This document shows, piece after piece, positions 48,499 to 60,358 of a DNA stretch of 64,000 nt. The position numbers and the translations under genes were made by a program. Numbering within the stretch: position 1 is the stretch's first letter; the number at the start of each line of letters is the position of its first letter. This DNA is from Microbotryum violaceum. Its lineage: Eukaryota. Location of the stretch: assembly GCA_001244265.2 (NCBI GenBank), contig CDLV01000009.1, positions 1,240,001 through 1,304,000 of the forward strand, in the 5' to 3' direction. A model generated the notes under the pieces. That model saw only the letters and a program-made list of their open reading frames with translations, searched no databases and had not been told where the DNA came from.

Positions 48499-49759
48499 AC
48501 GTAAGCAAGAGGTTGACGATGCGGTGAAGGGGAGGTTGATGATCAAGATCAAGGTCAAAAAAAGAGCAGCATGAAATGAGGGTAAGTTAAAGGCGGAGGT
48601 GCAATGGGGAGGAACAGACATAGAGGTGAAGGCAAGAGATCAAGGGATGAAGGTGGTGAGGTGGAGGTGAATCGAGGTGGAAGCGAACGTGATGGGGAAG
48701 GGTGAAGGGTGAAGGTGAAGACGAGAATCGATGTAGAGGTGAAGATGGTGACGGTGAAGATGGTAAGATGTGGAGGGAATGGTGTGATGTGAACGTAGAT
48801 GAAGATGAATGGGCATGTGAAGGTGAAGGTGAGAGCAGGGTCAGCCCAAGTCCGTCGTACGAGGTCGGGTCCGGCCGATGATGCCGCAGCTGCGCTGGCG
48901 GTGGCAGTGCATGCTCGGAGGCGGCCACAAGCGGGACTGACTCGATACAATGATAACCAAAAACCTCTCCCAAACTTTTTACCTCGCAAGACGACCAGGA
49001 CTGCCGTGGACCCCTCTTCGATCAAGAGCGTGATCGGAGGTTGGTGACGATCCGAGTCAAGACCAGAGGAGGGCAGTGCCCAAGTCAGCGACGGTGGTAC
49101 ATACTTGCAACGAGTGGGGGAGGTGAACTCACGGTGGCTGATGGTACACTACTGCCGACTTCCACCACCTACCGCCTCGGTGCTGCGTCGATGCGCTAGT
49201 CGGTTTCGGCCCAGTGGTGGAGGAGCCATGTGAGAGGTACTCATCAACGAAGAAGAAGGAAGGAGAGAGAGAGAGGTGAGAGGGGGGGGGGGCGGCTTTT
49301 ATACTCGCTCTGAGGCCAGGCTTGGCGCTTACCAAGCGACTCGAGGTCAAGATCTTACTTCATCCGTGCCAATGACGCTAGCCCACGCCGCCGCTGCTCG
49401 GCATCGCAGCTCCCTCGGCGCTGCGGTCTTCCCAAAGGAGACCCCTCCGTCACCCGAGGTCACCAAGTCGACCTGATTTGTAGCAGCAACAATGAACAAA
49501 GCAGTGTTCTTGATGGTTGAGAAATGACACTCGCCTTTTAACGCATCTGCTCGTACTTCTCTGAGTCCGAACGATCCATTACTTCTGTTGCTCGTCCATG
49601 GCTCGTCCATGGCTCGGAGTCATTTTGAGGGGTCAGAAGATCGAGCTGATGAGCTAGGAGCGCGCCGGTCCCCGTCACGCGCAACCTGTTCACGTCTGAC
49701 GCGACGAACACCTCGGGTACTACCCTCTCACTCCCTCATCTTTCGATCTCTCACCAACC

Positions 49760-49936
49760 ATGACGATCGCACACGCACACAAACTGCTCGATCAGGAACT
49801 CCTCACCGTTCCGGAAGCCCTTTTGGGTCAGCATCAAGACGTGCGACAGGCGTTGGTTTCGCTGGTAGGCACCGTCGATGGTGAGTCCGAACCCACCGTC
49901 GCTGCTGGTTCAATGCTCCACCCATCGATGAACACC

Positions 49937-49975
<39 letters not shown>

Positions 49976-51099
49976 TCTCCCCCCCCCATATACACACACA
50001 CACAAATCCGGCTCTCTACTAGTCGTGATTCTCGACGGCTCGACGCTGTTCTCCGAGTGGTTCTCGGCCGCTCGGAGCGGCACCTCGCCACGCAAACAAG
50101 CGCAACGGTTCGTCGGCTCGGTTCGTGCAGAGGCGGATCACATCGTCGCGGCGACGGCCGGACGAATCCACCTCGTGATCGTCTTCGACCACGCTTCGGC
50201 TCGTCCGGCCTTGAAGGCCCGTCCTACCCACACGTCGAGAGACAACGGGAACGGCGTCCGGCGCTCGCCCCAAGTCTCTCCCGACAATTTCCAAAGGAGA
50301 AGCTCCGGCCGGCACACCGACCCCATGACCGAATGGCTCACCAATTTCGGTGGTCAAGCCGAGCCGACATTAGCGGGACACGTCTTTGACATGTCCTCGG
50401 AGGTCACCGTCATCATCTCGGCGCACGAAGCCGACCCCCTGATTGCGGCAAGCACCCGAGTCGGCGTCATCGGCAGCGTACGTGTTCAAGGCGACCGTGC
50501 CCGCCTTCGCCAGCAGGGATTCGGACTACTTTATGATGATCGGAAGTGAGCGTGCGAGATACCGGATCATTCCATCGGTAAAGCATCGGGTGGTTAGAGT
50601 CATCGACCTCAAAATCCTGGAGGGTCAGGGAAAGTTCCCCGGTGCGGAAGGAAGGTTCGTTGCGGGATTGATGATGGGATGCGATTACCTGCCCACCGGT
50701 CTTCAAGGTTACGGTCCGGCCAAGCTCGAGAAGTTGGATCCGTCAGTCTTTCAACTCGCCACTTGGAGCCAAGGTTACGAACACGCCACAGCGGTCTTGT
50801 ATCGAGTCGGCACCAAACTTGATGCAGTGTTCTCGCCATCTGCGATGCAATTACTCCCATCCGCAACCTGTATGACTTCTAGCGGTGCGACTTGGTCTCA
50901 AAGCCACCGAGCGCCCCGCGAGCCATCGAACACTCCCCCCGGGTCCTCTTCCCCGACACTTCGTTCGATGGGGGTTCGGACGAACACCTGCGTCGCCAGT
51001 CCACGCCCGCGCTGCGGCCGTTCCGTGCAACCCCGGACTTTCGACGGGCCACGCGCCCAGCGGCTGGCCTCCAAGCAACCTCCCGAATCGGTTTTGTAA
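49760..51099 (+). pseudogene. FEN1/XPG-superfamily (PIN + H3TH) 5' nuclease, frameshifted
   Basis: MTIAHAHKLL..., VILDGS, IVFDHASARPALKARPTHTSR, HEADPLIA, frameshift near 50490, then ASRDSDYF and GCDYLPTGLQGYGPAK. Intron 49881-50022 contains a (CT)n tract. Confidence 0.78.
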
Positions 51100-51834
51100 G
51101 TTTGCCCCTCGTAATGGACCCGCTTCCGACGGGGATCGGGTCCCGTGACCACCTCATGATCATTGACCGCGCGATGTCCTGGCCGAGGTGAAATCGTTGG
51201 GGGTTCGAGTTGATGCCACGTAAGCCCGAGTTTGGATTTCCTTCCTTTTGTTGTTGTTGTTGTGGCCGTGAACGGAGCGTTGGGGTGGACGGGATGGACT
51301 GGCTCCCCAGCCGGGTGTAGAATGATGTAGAATGATGATCTTCTTCAGGAGGCTAGGTTGGGGCCCAAGCGCCAAGCCTTGACGCGGTCCGTGCGCACGT
51401 GACCGAGCAAACTTCGTTTTACTGCGCAGAAGCCGAGTTTGCGATTTTTCGGGGGCGGAGAAGGTCCTGGCAGTCCTGATGACACGAAGAACGTTGGTCG
51501 TTCAACAGGGGTCTCATCGATCGACTTCAGCCGAGAGAATCGGCCAAAGCCCATAAATAGGAGGTCACAGTGTTTAAAATTTAGGTTCGAGAGCAAGCTC
51601 TCACTCTGCCTCAATTTAGCCGAGGTGTGCTTGAGCAACGGCGCGCGCGTGAGCTCGCGTTGAGGGCGCTAGAGGGCGCTTGGAGGCGCTTGGCATGTCT
51701 GGGCCGAACGACGTCCTTGTCTCGATTTGAGCGTCATTCACCTCCTCGCTCTGCTCCTTCAACTACACCCCCCGATCACGGCCCCGCACCCTATCATACC
51801 TCCGCTACTCAGCCACTCATTGAAGACATTCAGC

Positions 51835-52500
51835 ATGACCCCCGTTGCCTCGACCTCGTCGCTTAAGTTGCCGTACACCAAGTCGATGCACGTCAGCACC
51901 TCGGGCTTGGGGTCTTCTCAGTTCGGGGCGTCGTCTTCGTCGTTGAGCTCGCCAGTTCGAACACCATTCGCGACTCGCACCGGCTCAGCGCTGTCCAAAA
52001 CCTCGACTTCAAAGCGGACATCGCCTCTATCGTCCAAATACTCGTTATCGACCAGGAGCTCAGAGTCCGAGGACGAAGACGACGACGTGGACAGCGACGA
52101 TTCGGCGGTCGCTTTGCCCCAACAAGCGATCCGCGCAAGCAGCGCAGGCGCAAGCGGCGTCTCCACCTCGGCCACGACTTTGCCCCCACCTCACCACCAC
52201 AAGTCGTTCTCGCACTCGTCCAACTCGTCCGATGACGACGTTTTGTCCCCTTCGATCCAAGCCAACTACTACCTGCCCGCTGCGACGACCGCGCGCGCTT
52301 CCTCGGCGCTGACGGTCAATGGACTAAGCACTTCTTCGGCGAGTGCGACGGCCAGGGCAGCCTCATCCGCTTCGGCGTCCAGCATGGGCAAGAATCTCGC
52401 TCGCAAGCGCGCCGACTCGTTCAAGTGGTCCAAGTATGCCGGCATGGGATCCGTCACAATCGAACTCGGTCTCTCCAACGATGAACTACGACGTGTTTGA
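51835..52500 (+). CDS. Ser-rich hypothetical protein (about 221 aa)
   Basis: Single-exon ORF with host-like codon use and a compact C-terminal motif KNLARKRADSFKWSKYAGMGSVTIELGL. Confidence 0.65.
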   Translation: MTPVASTSSLKLPYTKSMHVSTSGLGSSQFGASSSSLSSPVRTPFATRTGSALSKTSTSKRTSPLSSKYSLSTRSSESEDEDDDVDSDDSAVALPQQAIRASSAGASGVSTSATTLPPPHHHKSFSHSSNSSDDDVLSPSIQANYYLPAATTARASSALTVNGLSTSSASATARAASSASASSMGKNLARKRADSFKWSKYAGMGSVTIELGLSNDELRRV

Positions 52501-53057
52501 GACCCAATGTACTCTCACCTACCAATCGATGATTTGCGCTTCCCTTTTAAGATCCCGAGACGACGTCGACGGCGGCCCTTTCCAACCGGTTGGGGAACAT
52601 GTACGCACGCGCACTCGACGTCTACGACCTCTTTGACGACCCATGTATTCCGTTACTCATAACCTCAAGCATCTCAGCAACATTTCGATTCAACATTGTC
52701 CTCGACCTTTATTCTTTACCCCGTGTTTTTTAAAACACCGCATCGACCCTTTGCTTCTTATTCCCCCGAGAGACACGCTGCTCTTTCTAGCTCCTGTTGT
52801 GGTCCCAAGACTTTTAGGTGCACAATCATCTCGAGTATTCGTTTCAAATAGCAATCTACTCGTGTTCAAAAAGCGGTCGCCGTCGAGAGACAAGCTTGAG
52901 CGATCTTGATCCGGACACGAAAGCAGCGGTGCCCCAGAATTTTGTTGAATCGGATGTGGGGTTGGGTGACGGTGAGCGAGGTCGCGTCGCAGTTCATTTG
53001 ACCCGTGCCCCGGCGCGCCCCGCCGCGCGCCCGAGACACCCTCCGGTGACGATCTTT

Positions 53058-53196
53058 CTATGAGGAGCAGCGCAGTGAGCAAACGAAGATGCCGAGTAGA
53101 AGAGGATAGGGAACGTTCGAAATGTATTACACTAACCTATGAGGAGCAGCGCAGTGAGCAAACGAAGATGTCGAGTAGATGAGGATAGGGAACGTT
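53058..53196. repeat. 60-bp direct repeat, two copies, period 79
   Basis: CTATGAGGAGCAGCGCAGTGAGCAAACGAAGATG(C/T)CGAGTAGA(A/T)GAGGATAGGGAACGTT at 53058-53117 and 53137-53196. Confidence 0.9.
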
Positions 53197-53468
53197 AAGG
53201 GAAAAGAGAGGGAGAGCCGCGCTAGTCGCTGCCTCGGGTAATCTAAGTCAGAATCTAAAGAGGTCCGAGCGCGCCCGAGTTCCCATCCCCCAAGCTCCGT
53301 ATGCTGGAGTTGAGAGCGCCCCTGCAATGTAGTGTACACGATGACACTTTCCATCGAACACGTGATACTGCGCTAGGGTGTTGATCGCTGATCGAATACT
53401 TCACGTCTCTATTCCAACACATAAAAGAACACATAACTCCAAGCCTGAGGTAGAAAAGTCTATAAAGA

Positions 53469-55178
53469 TCACGGCCCTCTAATCACGTCGATCAAGCGCT
53501 TGAGTTGCTCCAAGGACATACTACGCCGCGACGGAGTCAAGGTCAGCTCCAGTAGAATGCTCGTTGGAAGAAGAGGTGTGTGTCTTACAAAATGATGATG
53601 GTGTTGGGACTGAGTCGAATCCATGCCGGTGTCCAGCCTTTGAACATCCACCGCACGCCTTCGGTCTTGAACGAGCGCGAGATGATGGTCGAAATCTGCG
53701 AAGGTGATCGGGAGATCACGGCTGGTCAGCACCACAGTCGCCCACTTGTGCTGTGAATACGTCAGACTGACTGGCTCATGTGCAGAAGCGTTCATTATCC
53801 GCGATTTGATGACGTCGAACGGCGCACATATTGTCGTGGCGACCGTGCCCTGTGGATAGGATAGGGAGCGTGAACAAACCGGACCAGGCCCCGGTGTCCT
53901 CGAAGTGGGTACAAACTCACGGCGAGGAAAGAAGAGGTAAAATGTAACCCCAAGCCATCGTCCATTAACTTGGCCCTCATAATCACACCCTTGAACATGT
54001 CGTAACTGCAGAAGCACACGTCAAACACAACAGTTTGAGCTCATACTCGCCACGAAGGAGATCACCTCGGCGGTGAAGCTTTGAAGACTCACGTCGCAAG
54101 CTGAGAAGCGTTCATCAACACGGCCCTGGCCACGTTTGGGCCGAGTCCTCGGAATAAAACCGCTGAACCTTCCTCCTTGATAATTCTGGCTACACCATCA
54201 AAGCTGTCGAAGATGAAGGATACAGCGTTAGTCCTAGAGCTCCGAGGTCGTTTCAGGGCTCGTCTTCGCCCCGACTAACCAATTCCGATAACCTAGCCTC
54301 TGGGCCGCGGGTCGTGTCGCATCACTCGTCATTCTAACCAAGACGATATCCGCGGGATTTCCCGCGACCCCCCCTAAACCACCTGCAACGGATGCAGCGA
54401 TCGCCATCTTCCATGCCGGCAAGGTAAGTTCGGCCGGAGTCGTCATAGCCTCCTTCAAAGCGTCGTACACGCCGAAGCGAGTGAGCGAGTACGTCATCTG
54501 ACGCAGGATTGAGGCCGATAGTCCAGCGTAGGCTCCTCTTCTAATTCCTGTTCACGTGAGACGTTCGGGCGGAGAAATCAGAGATCACGTCAGCGAGATG
54601 ACCGAGCAAAGTTGGAAGGCCGTGTGGGGGGAGGGGCTACCTCGGCCGGGAGCACAATGTCGCACGCACCATCGTTTTGGATCGAGGTTTTCAACGTGTT
54701 GCCCAGCCCTTTGCTTTCACTCGTTTGCATGCGACTGTGTAAAGTAAATTGATAGAAGCAACGCCGGTTTTAGCCGCAATTCGAATCGGAGGGGTGATTG
54801 AGGTCCGAGTTTGGTCTGGTGCGAGATGCCGGAAAGGAGGAAGATCGCGAGGCTGCTTACACCTTGGCCAGGTCCAGTGGATCTGAAGAAGGCTCAAAAG
54901 CAGAAGTTTAACAGGTGAATATGCATGCTTCAGCCCACGTGACCTGGTCGACAGCACTTACGAGTGCATACTGCAGCGAACGAAGCCGCGGCACCTGTGG
55001 ATCCCAAGATAGGTGGATCCCAAGATATGTAGGTCGATTCGGGCAAGCCGGAGCAGCACAGGGCGACGACAACATCAGCACAACTTCAACAGGGCTTCAG
55101 TAGAGCTGAGAAAAGAAGAAAGCACCCACCTCCAGTCCAAAAGGGATACTGCTTGTGCTGCACCTCGGCGTCGGGCAT
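53469..55178 (-). CDS. DIC1: Mitochondrial dicarboxylate carrier
   Basis: YPFWTG|GAAASFAAVCT|HPLDLAKV|RMQ, GLSASILRQMTYSLTRFGVYD, NPADIVLVRM, APFDVIKSRIMN and FKGWTPAWIRLSP; three carrier signature motifs. Confidence 0.9.
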
Positions 55179-55683
55179 GACGGACGAGCGCACGGAAGCG
55201 AGCACAGTGGAGCAGCACAAGAGCGCTCGCTCCGTTGCGAAGGCGGGCGAGGGGGCCAGCGGGCCAGAGCGGGCCATAGGCATGTGATGAATGATGTCGT
55301 GGTGATCACGAGGATGGTACAGCTTTAGGTCAGCGTTTGCAAAATGATGTACACGAAACTTCACTTGGCGTCTGTCTACTTCGGAAATTTAGTGTTCTTG
55401 AGGCCAGTGGACCACGCTGCTCGACCTCTTACAGCGTCCAGGACATCGGCCGACAGAGCGGTTTGAGGCCCCTGGATCCCTGGAGGCACGTAACGCAACT
55501 CATATCACCACGCCACGAACGATCCAGAGTCGGGAGCATCGACATACCAGCAGAGAGACCGAAAAATCACGTTACAACAACGGCATACCCATGAAACGTC
55601 ACCCACTAACTGACCGTACACAAAACAGACATGATCCTCGCGGGCTTCCTAAATCACACCTTCTGGCACCCGAATATGCCTAG

Positions 55684-58600
55684 TTACCATTTTCGCTGAA
55701 CCAGACTCCGGCTCGTTTGACATCTGCAGAAGAAAAGAACGTCAGCTTCGAGACAGTCATTATGCATTCGCTTCGGGATGGCTCCGAACTCACATTTGTC
55801 GACAAGCATGCCAATGTCGCGCAAGATGAAGTGACAGATCATACCGCCAAAGAATTCGCTCAGACGCTTCAGTCGCAACGCCAGTTGCGCTCGATCACGT
55901 TCGTCCATCTCGGAGAGGGGGAACGAGCGTTCGTTTATCGTCACGAGGTACACGTCGAGGCATTGAGCTTGCTGAAGCACACGAGCAATACTGTCGACAT
56001 AGGTCGCGGGATGGTCGAGACTGCGCCCGTTCGTCACTCGGTCGAGCGACCGCGATAGCTTCGAAGACCAGGCACTGAAAGAGTTCTGTCACATCACAAA
56101 AGAAAGAAAGAAAAACATCAGTATCTGGAATCCCCAGATCAACCGTACACGTGCGGAATTGTCGGCTCACTGTCCCGACCTTCTTGCCCGTCGATGCATA
56201 TCCGAGCTTCTTCGACAGCGTGCTCTGAATGCCCTCCGTAAGACCCTCGAACGACTCGAGCTCCTTCGTTAACCGTGCCGCCGCCTCACACGTACTCCGA
56301 CCACCTTCCGAACGCCAGCACGCCTTGCCAAGCTTGTCGACAGCTTCGAGACCGGTCAACAGCAGGTCGAGCATACGCACTTTGGTCTCGACCGCGACGA
56401 GCTTGACGCCAGCTTGGGACCAGACCTGATGCGGGATGTACAGCGTCGGTGTGATATAGGCGCCATCCGTCTCGATCGTTTGCAGAATTTGTCGCATGAG
56501 GTAAAATGGCCTCCGAACCGGCGTGGTCCCAGGAGCTCCAACTTCAGAGCTGCTTCCGCCTGCAGCGAGCGGCACTGTTGGCGAAGACGGTTCAAGGGAG
56601 GAGGCGTTTGCAGGCGAGGGGACAAATTCCCCTACAGCAGCTATACTTCTACGGCCCGTTGATGCACCGTTGAGCACCTCGCGCGAGCTTGCGAATGTGT
56701 CAAGGTAGTTCCAGAAAGGCGATGGCGCACCGCGATGAGGCGCATCTCGCTCCGAATAACTTCCCTGAGAGGAGACCGAGTTGGTGCGCACCAGACTCGG
56801 TGGGTGTCCGAGACCAGGTCCAGCTGAAGAGGTGGGAGACGGAACAGAACTCTTGCGCATCATCCTTGGTGGACCATTGCTTGAGATCGAGCGATCGCCA
56901 ACGGTAACAATTGACGGAACGGGCGGTTGGTTCTGGAAAGAGGATAGCGACGGTCGTTGACCAGGTTGCGAGTGGGTACGAAGCCGCGTCGGAAGGCTAG
57001 CGTTCGAATACCCTTCATCCGAAGCCGTCGTCGGACCAAGGTCATTCATGAAAGAGGTACTGGCCGAGCTAGCCGATTGCAAGCTCGGGGAGCTAACTGA
57101 GGGACCGACGTCACTACGTCCCCTGAATGCAGCCGCATTCTTGGCGTCGCGTTGTGAGTCCTCGTCTCGCACCGTTCCACGGTGCGCTCCTGAGGCTTTG
57201 ACAGCACTTGTCGCGGTGGTCTCGGATCCAGTCACGGGGCTCGGAGCCTGCGAGCTACGGCGGCGTTGACTGATGGCTCCCGTCGTCGTCGAGTCATTGA
57301 CTAATGGGGAAGCGTTCTCTCGTCGCTTCGCCGAGGCGCTGTTGCTCACAGCGATGCCTGTGCCGCCACTGGCCATGATCGTGCCACGAGCGAGGGTAAG
57401 TCGAGCATCAATCAGTCGTGGCACTTCCTCACTAAATGGCAGGTAACCGGCTGCCAACAAAGAGCTGGTGCGGACGCCCGTCATTCGTTTTGTTGCTTCG
57501 TTGAGCGGTGAGGTCACGGCGGCAGAGGATAGAGCGGCACGCGTCTCGTTGGACCAGGAGGACAAGTCTGGGCTGGCACTAGGAGCTGCCTGGTCTGAGG
57601 CCGTTCTTCGAAGCTCGTGCGGTTGAAAAGCATATTGGGATGGCTGTGGTGATACACCCGTTCTGATCGCGCCCGGGGTCGGCGAATGTCTGCTTTGTGC
57701 ACCATAGCTCGCGGGGGCGAGAGTCGTCTCTCGCTCCCGCGCCGTCCCGTTCTCGGGCTGCGTCGGCCAGCCGGAAGCGGTCTCTCTCGCTGTGACAGGC
57801 ACGCGATCGTCACTGTCGTCCGAGCCGTTCGATGAAAACCGTTGGTGCGATTGAACGCCGAGATTATCTGAGCTCGCAGACCGACCGAGCTGGACGGGCC
57901 GCTCTGTGGTGATATGATGGTTCCTCAGACGTTCTGGGCTGAGCGAGGGCCGTCGTGACCCGCCAGCTGTCGGGCCATTGGAGTGAGTTATCGCAGGCGA
58001 TGGTTTTTGGAATGGCTCCAAAGCAAGTTTGGGGGTCGTGTCAGTCTCGTCGAGCGAGGTGAGCGGCTGTCTAGAAAAGGCATCATCCGATGGTGCGCTA
58101 GCCTGATTGGACGTTGCGAATGTTGCTGGAGGTATGGATACGGTCTCGAGACTGCTGATGGACCTATTCTGAGACCGCCGAGATACCATGGGTGGCGCAG
58201 TGATATACGGTGTCGCACTCTGCTCGGTCCTTGTCGGTGCTCGAGGGGCCGAACCTGACTCTTCAACGACAGACTTCGGCGTCGCACCGGCTTGCTCTAA
58301 TTCGATCGACTGCAGCATCCGGATGCGATCCTCATACGTGTCGTGCTGTAGTTGGTAAAGTGAGAAGCCCAGTCAAGTCGTTGAACCCTCTGATAGAAGC
58401 CGTTCTACGAGCCAAGCGCAAAAATGCTTACGATGACCTTGAGCCTCCGAGCCTCGTCCATCTTGGCCCTCTCCTTCCTCTCTATTCTTGCGATTCGTTT
58501 TTGCGCATCTTCCTCGGTCTCCCCGGTTCGTACGACATAGCGATCGCCTCCTCGCTCGTTCAGCTTCTCTCGGTCGCGCCGCGCGCCGTCCTCAACTCGA

Positions 58601-59635
58601 GCCATGACCTCCTTGAGCAGTCGGACGGAAGATGAGTAGGCGCTGATCGCGGCGGGGACGTTGTTGGCCGAATCCAACAATACCGCCGATTGTGCGCGTT
58701 GCAATGCGATGGTCAAGACCGACTTTGATGAATTTGGAGCTGCGGAAGAGGCAGATGATGCATTGAGGTACTGAGAACGAGACGAGGATGACGAGGCCAC
58801 GGCGCCTGTATTTGAGGGAGCCGAGGTCGAGGCGATGGGGGCGCCGGCTGAGTTATGATCATGATTTCCGAATGGCTCGACATAGTGCTGCGGCCGAGCT
58901 GGTCGAGCTGTGGGTTCAAACAAGGATAACCGGGTCGGTAGGAAACGGGAAACGTTAGCTCGCGTCACGTGGTCAGCGCCAACGTAATTTCCGCCGCGTC
59001 GCTCGGCCGTAACTTCCGTCGCGTCGCTCGGCCGTACCTTCCGTAGCCGGACCTTTCCCATTGCTGTAGGCCCTGTCATATTGCTCCCTCGATGTCGCCC
59101 ACTGGTCCGATGAGGTGGTGGGAATGAAAGGGTGCTCGGCTCTACGCGACGTCGACGAAGCCGTTGCCGAACCCAGCCCCTCGGCGGCGGTGGAGCTACC
59201 TCTGCGCATGAACGGCTTGGACAGCAAAGGGTCATCACCGAGCGAGTTGTTGCCGTGGCTATGACTGCTGCTGCTTGCGGTGGTCGAAGTCGATGGCCGC
59301 GCGGTGTGTCTCGAGGTGACGGGTGACGACTCGCCGCGCTGTCTCAACGCTGATCCGGGGCCATTAGGCGCTCGGGAGGGCGTTGCCATGCCTGAGCCTG
59401 ACGAAGGGAAAGGCACTGGCAGTGGCCCTGTGGGCGGTGCACTCGAAGGAGGGGAGAAACTTGAAGGGCCTGCAGTGGTCGTGATGCCGGGGCGGATGCC
59501 ATTGTACCTCGAGACCGAAGCGGTCGTCGACGCGGGCGCACGTCCCGCCGTTGTTGGGTCGTCGTCGTCGTCGTCGACGTTGATGGCGTTGGCTCCACGT
59601 GAGGACAACGATGAATATGATGCACCCTCCAACAT
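55684..59635 (-). CDS. Large MIT-domain protein with low-complexity centre and conserved helical C-terminus
   Basis: KSVLTIALQRAQSAVLLDSANNVPAAISAYSSSVRLL...RLKVI|HDTYEDRIRML is MIT-like. The C-terminus has RRPFYLMRQI...GAYITPTLYIP and EFFGGMICHFILRDI. The start is uncertain. Confidence 0.75.
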
Positions 59636-60358
59636 CACTCTCGCGGGACTCAACACGTCCTCGACTTCGACTTGGGGTCCGGTCTAGCACGGTGTCGTCT
59701 AGTCAAATCCTGCGCGACAAGGTCAAACACGAACGCGGTCGAAGGCGAGTGGGTGCCGACAATGTTCCAGGAGAAGAGGAGCAATCCCCGCGTCGCGTCG
59801 TCACGTCACCCGAATGCTCGGCGTCAGTGCACCTATCGCGAGCGCGTGGGCCAAAGGGAAACCGAGCCAACGGCCGGGTCCGGTAGCGGTCTTTTGGGGT
59901 GGTACTTCCGTTAAAATCGTGGTAGGTCATCTTTGACCGGTACGAGGATCTCGTTTGTATATACATGATTATGACATTCACTAGGTAAAGAACTGAATAT
60001 GTCTGCACGTCCTCGAAGTCCGGGAAGGCTGGAGGTTCAGATTTTGTAAAAGCGCCGTCGCACAATCCGGTGTCGAACTCGAAATGATTGCTTCTACCTC
60101 TAATCACACCCAAACAAGTACCTCACAAAGCAGAACAGAAATCAACCGTCCCACCAAGCTTTCTGGACCGAACAAGACGATCAGGAGCAATCTTGGGAAT
60201 ACAAGGACATCAACATGATCAAGATATCAATGCTCGTTCTCATGGTCGTCAGCACTCTAGTCCAATCTGGGGTTCAGGAGCCGGATGTTGAAGGTCCACC
60301 CTTGCGAGTCTGCTAGTCTGCTCGAACCTTCGCATTGCATAGCATGACTAAAGTCTCT

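Noticed and set aside
53058..53196. Repeat-spacer-repeat as a CRISPR-like array
   Set aside because: Only two 60-bp copies with a 19-bp spacer, eukaryotic context and no cas genes.
53339..53394. Possible box C/D snoRNA (CGATGACA...CTGATCG)
   Set aside because: Box C is imperfect, the unit is very short and no rRNA guide was recognised; it would need an Rfam or snoScan hit.
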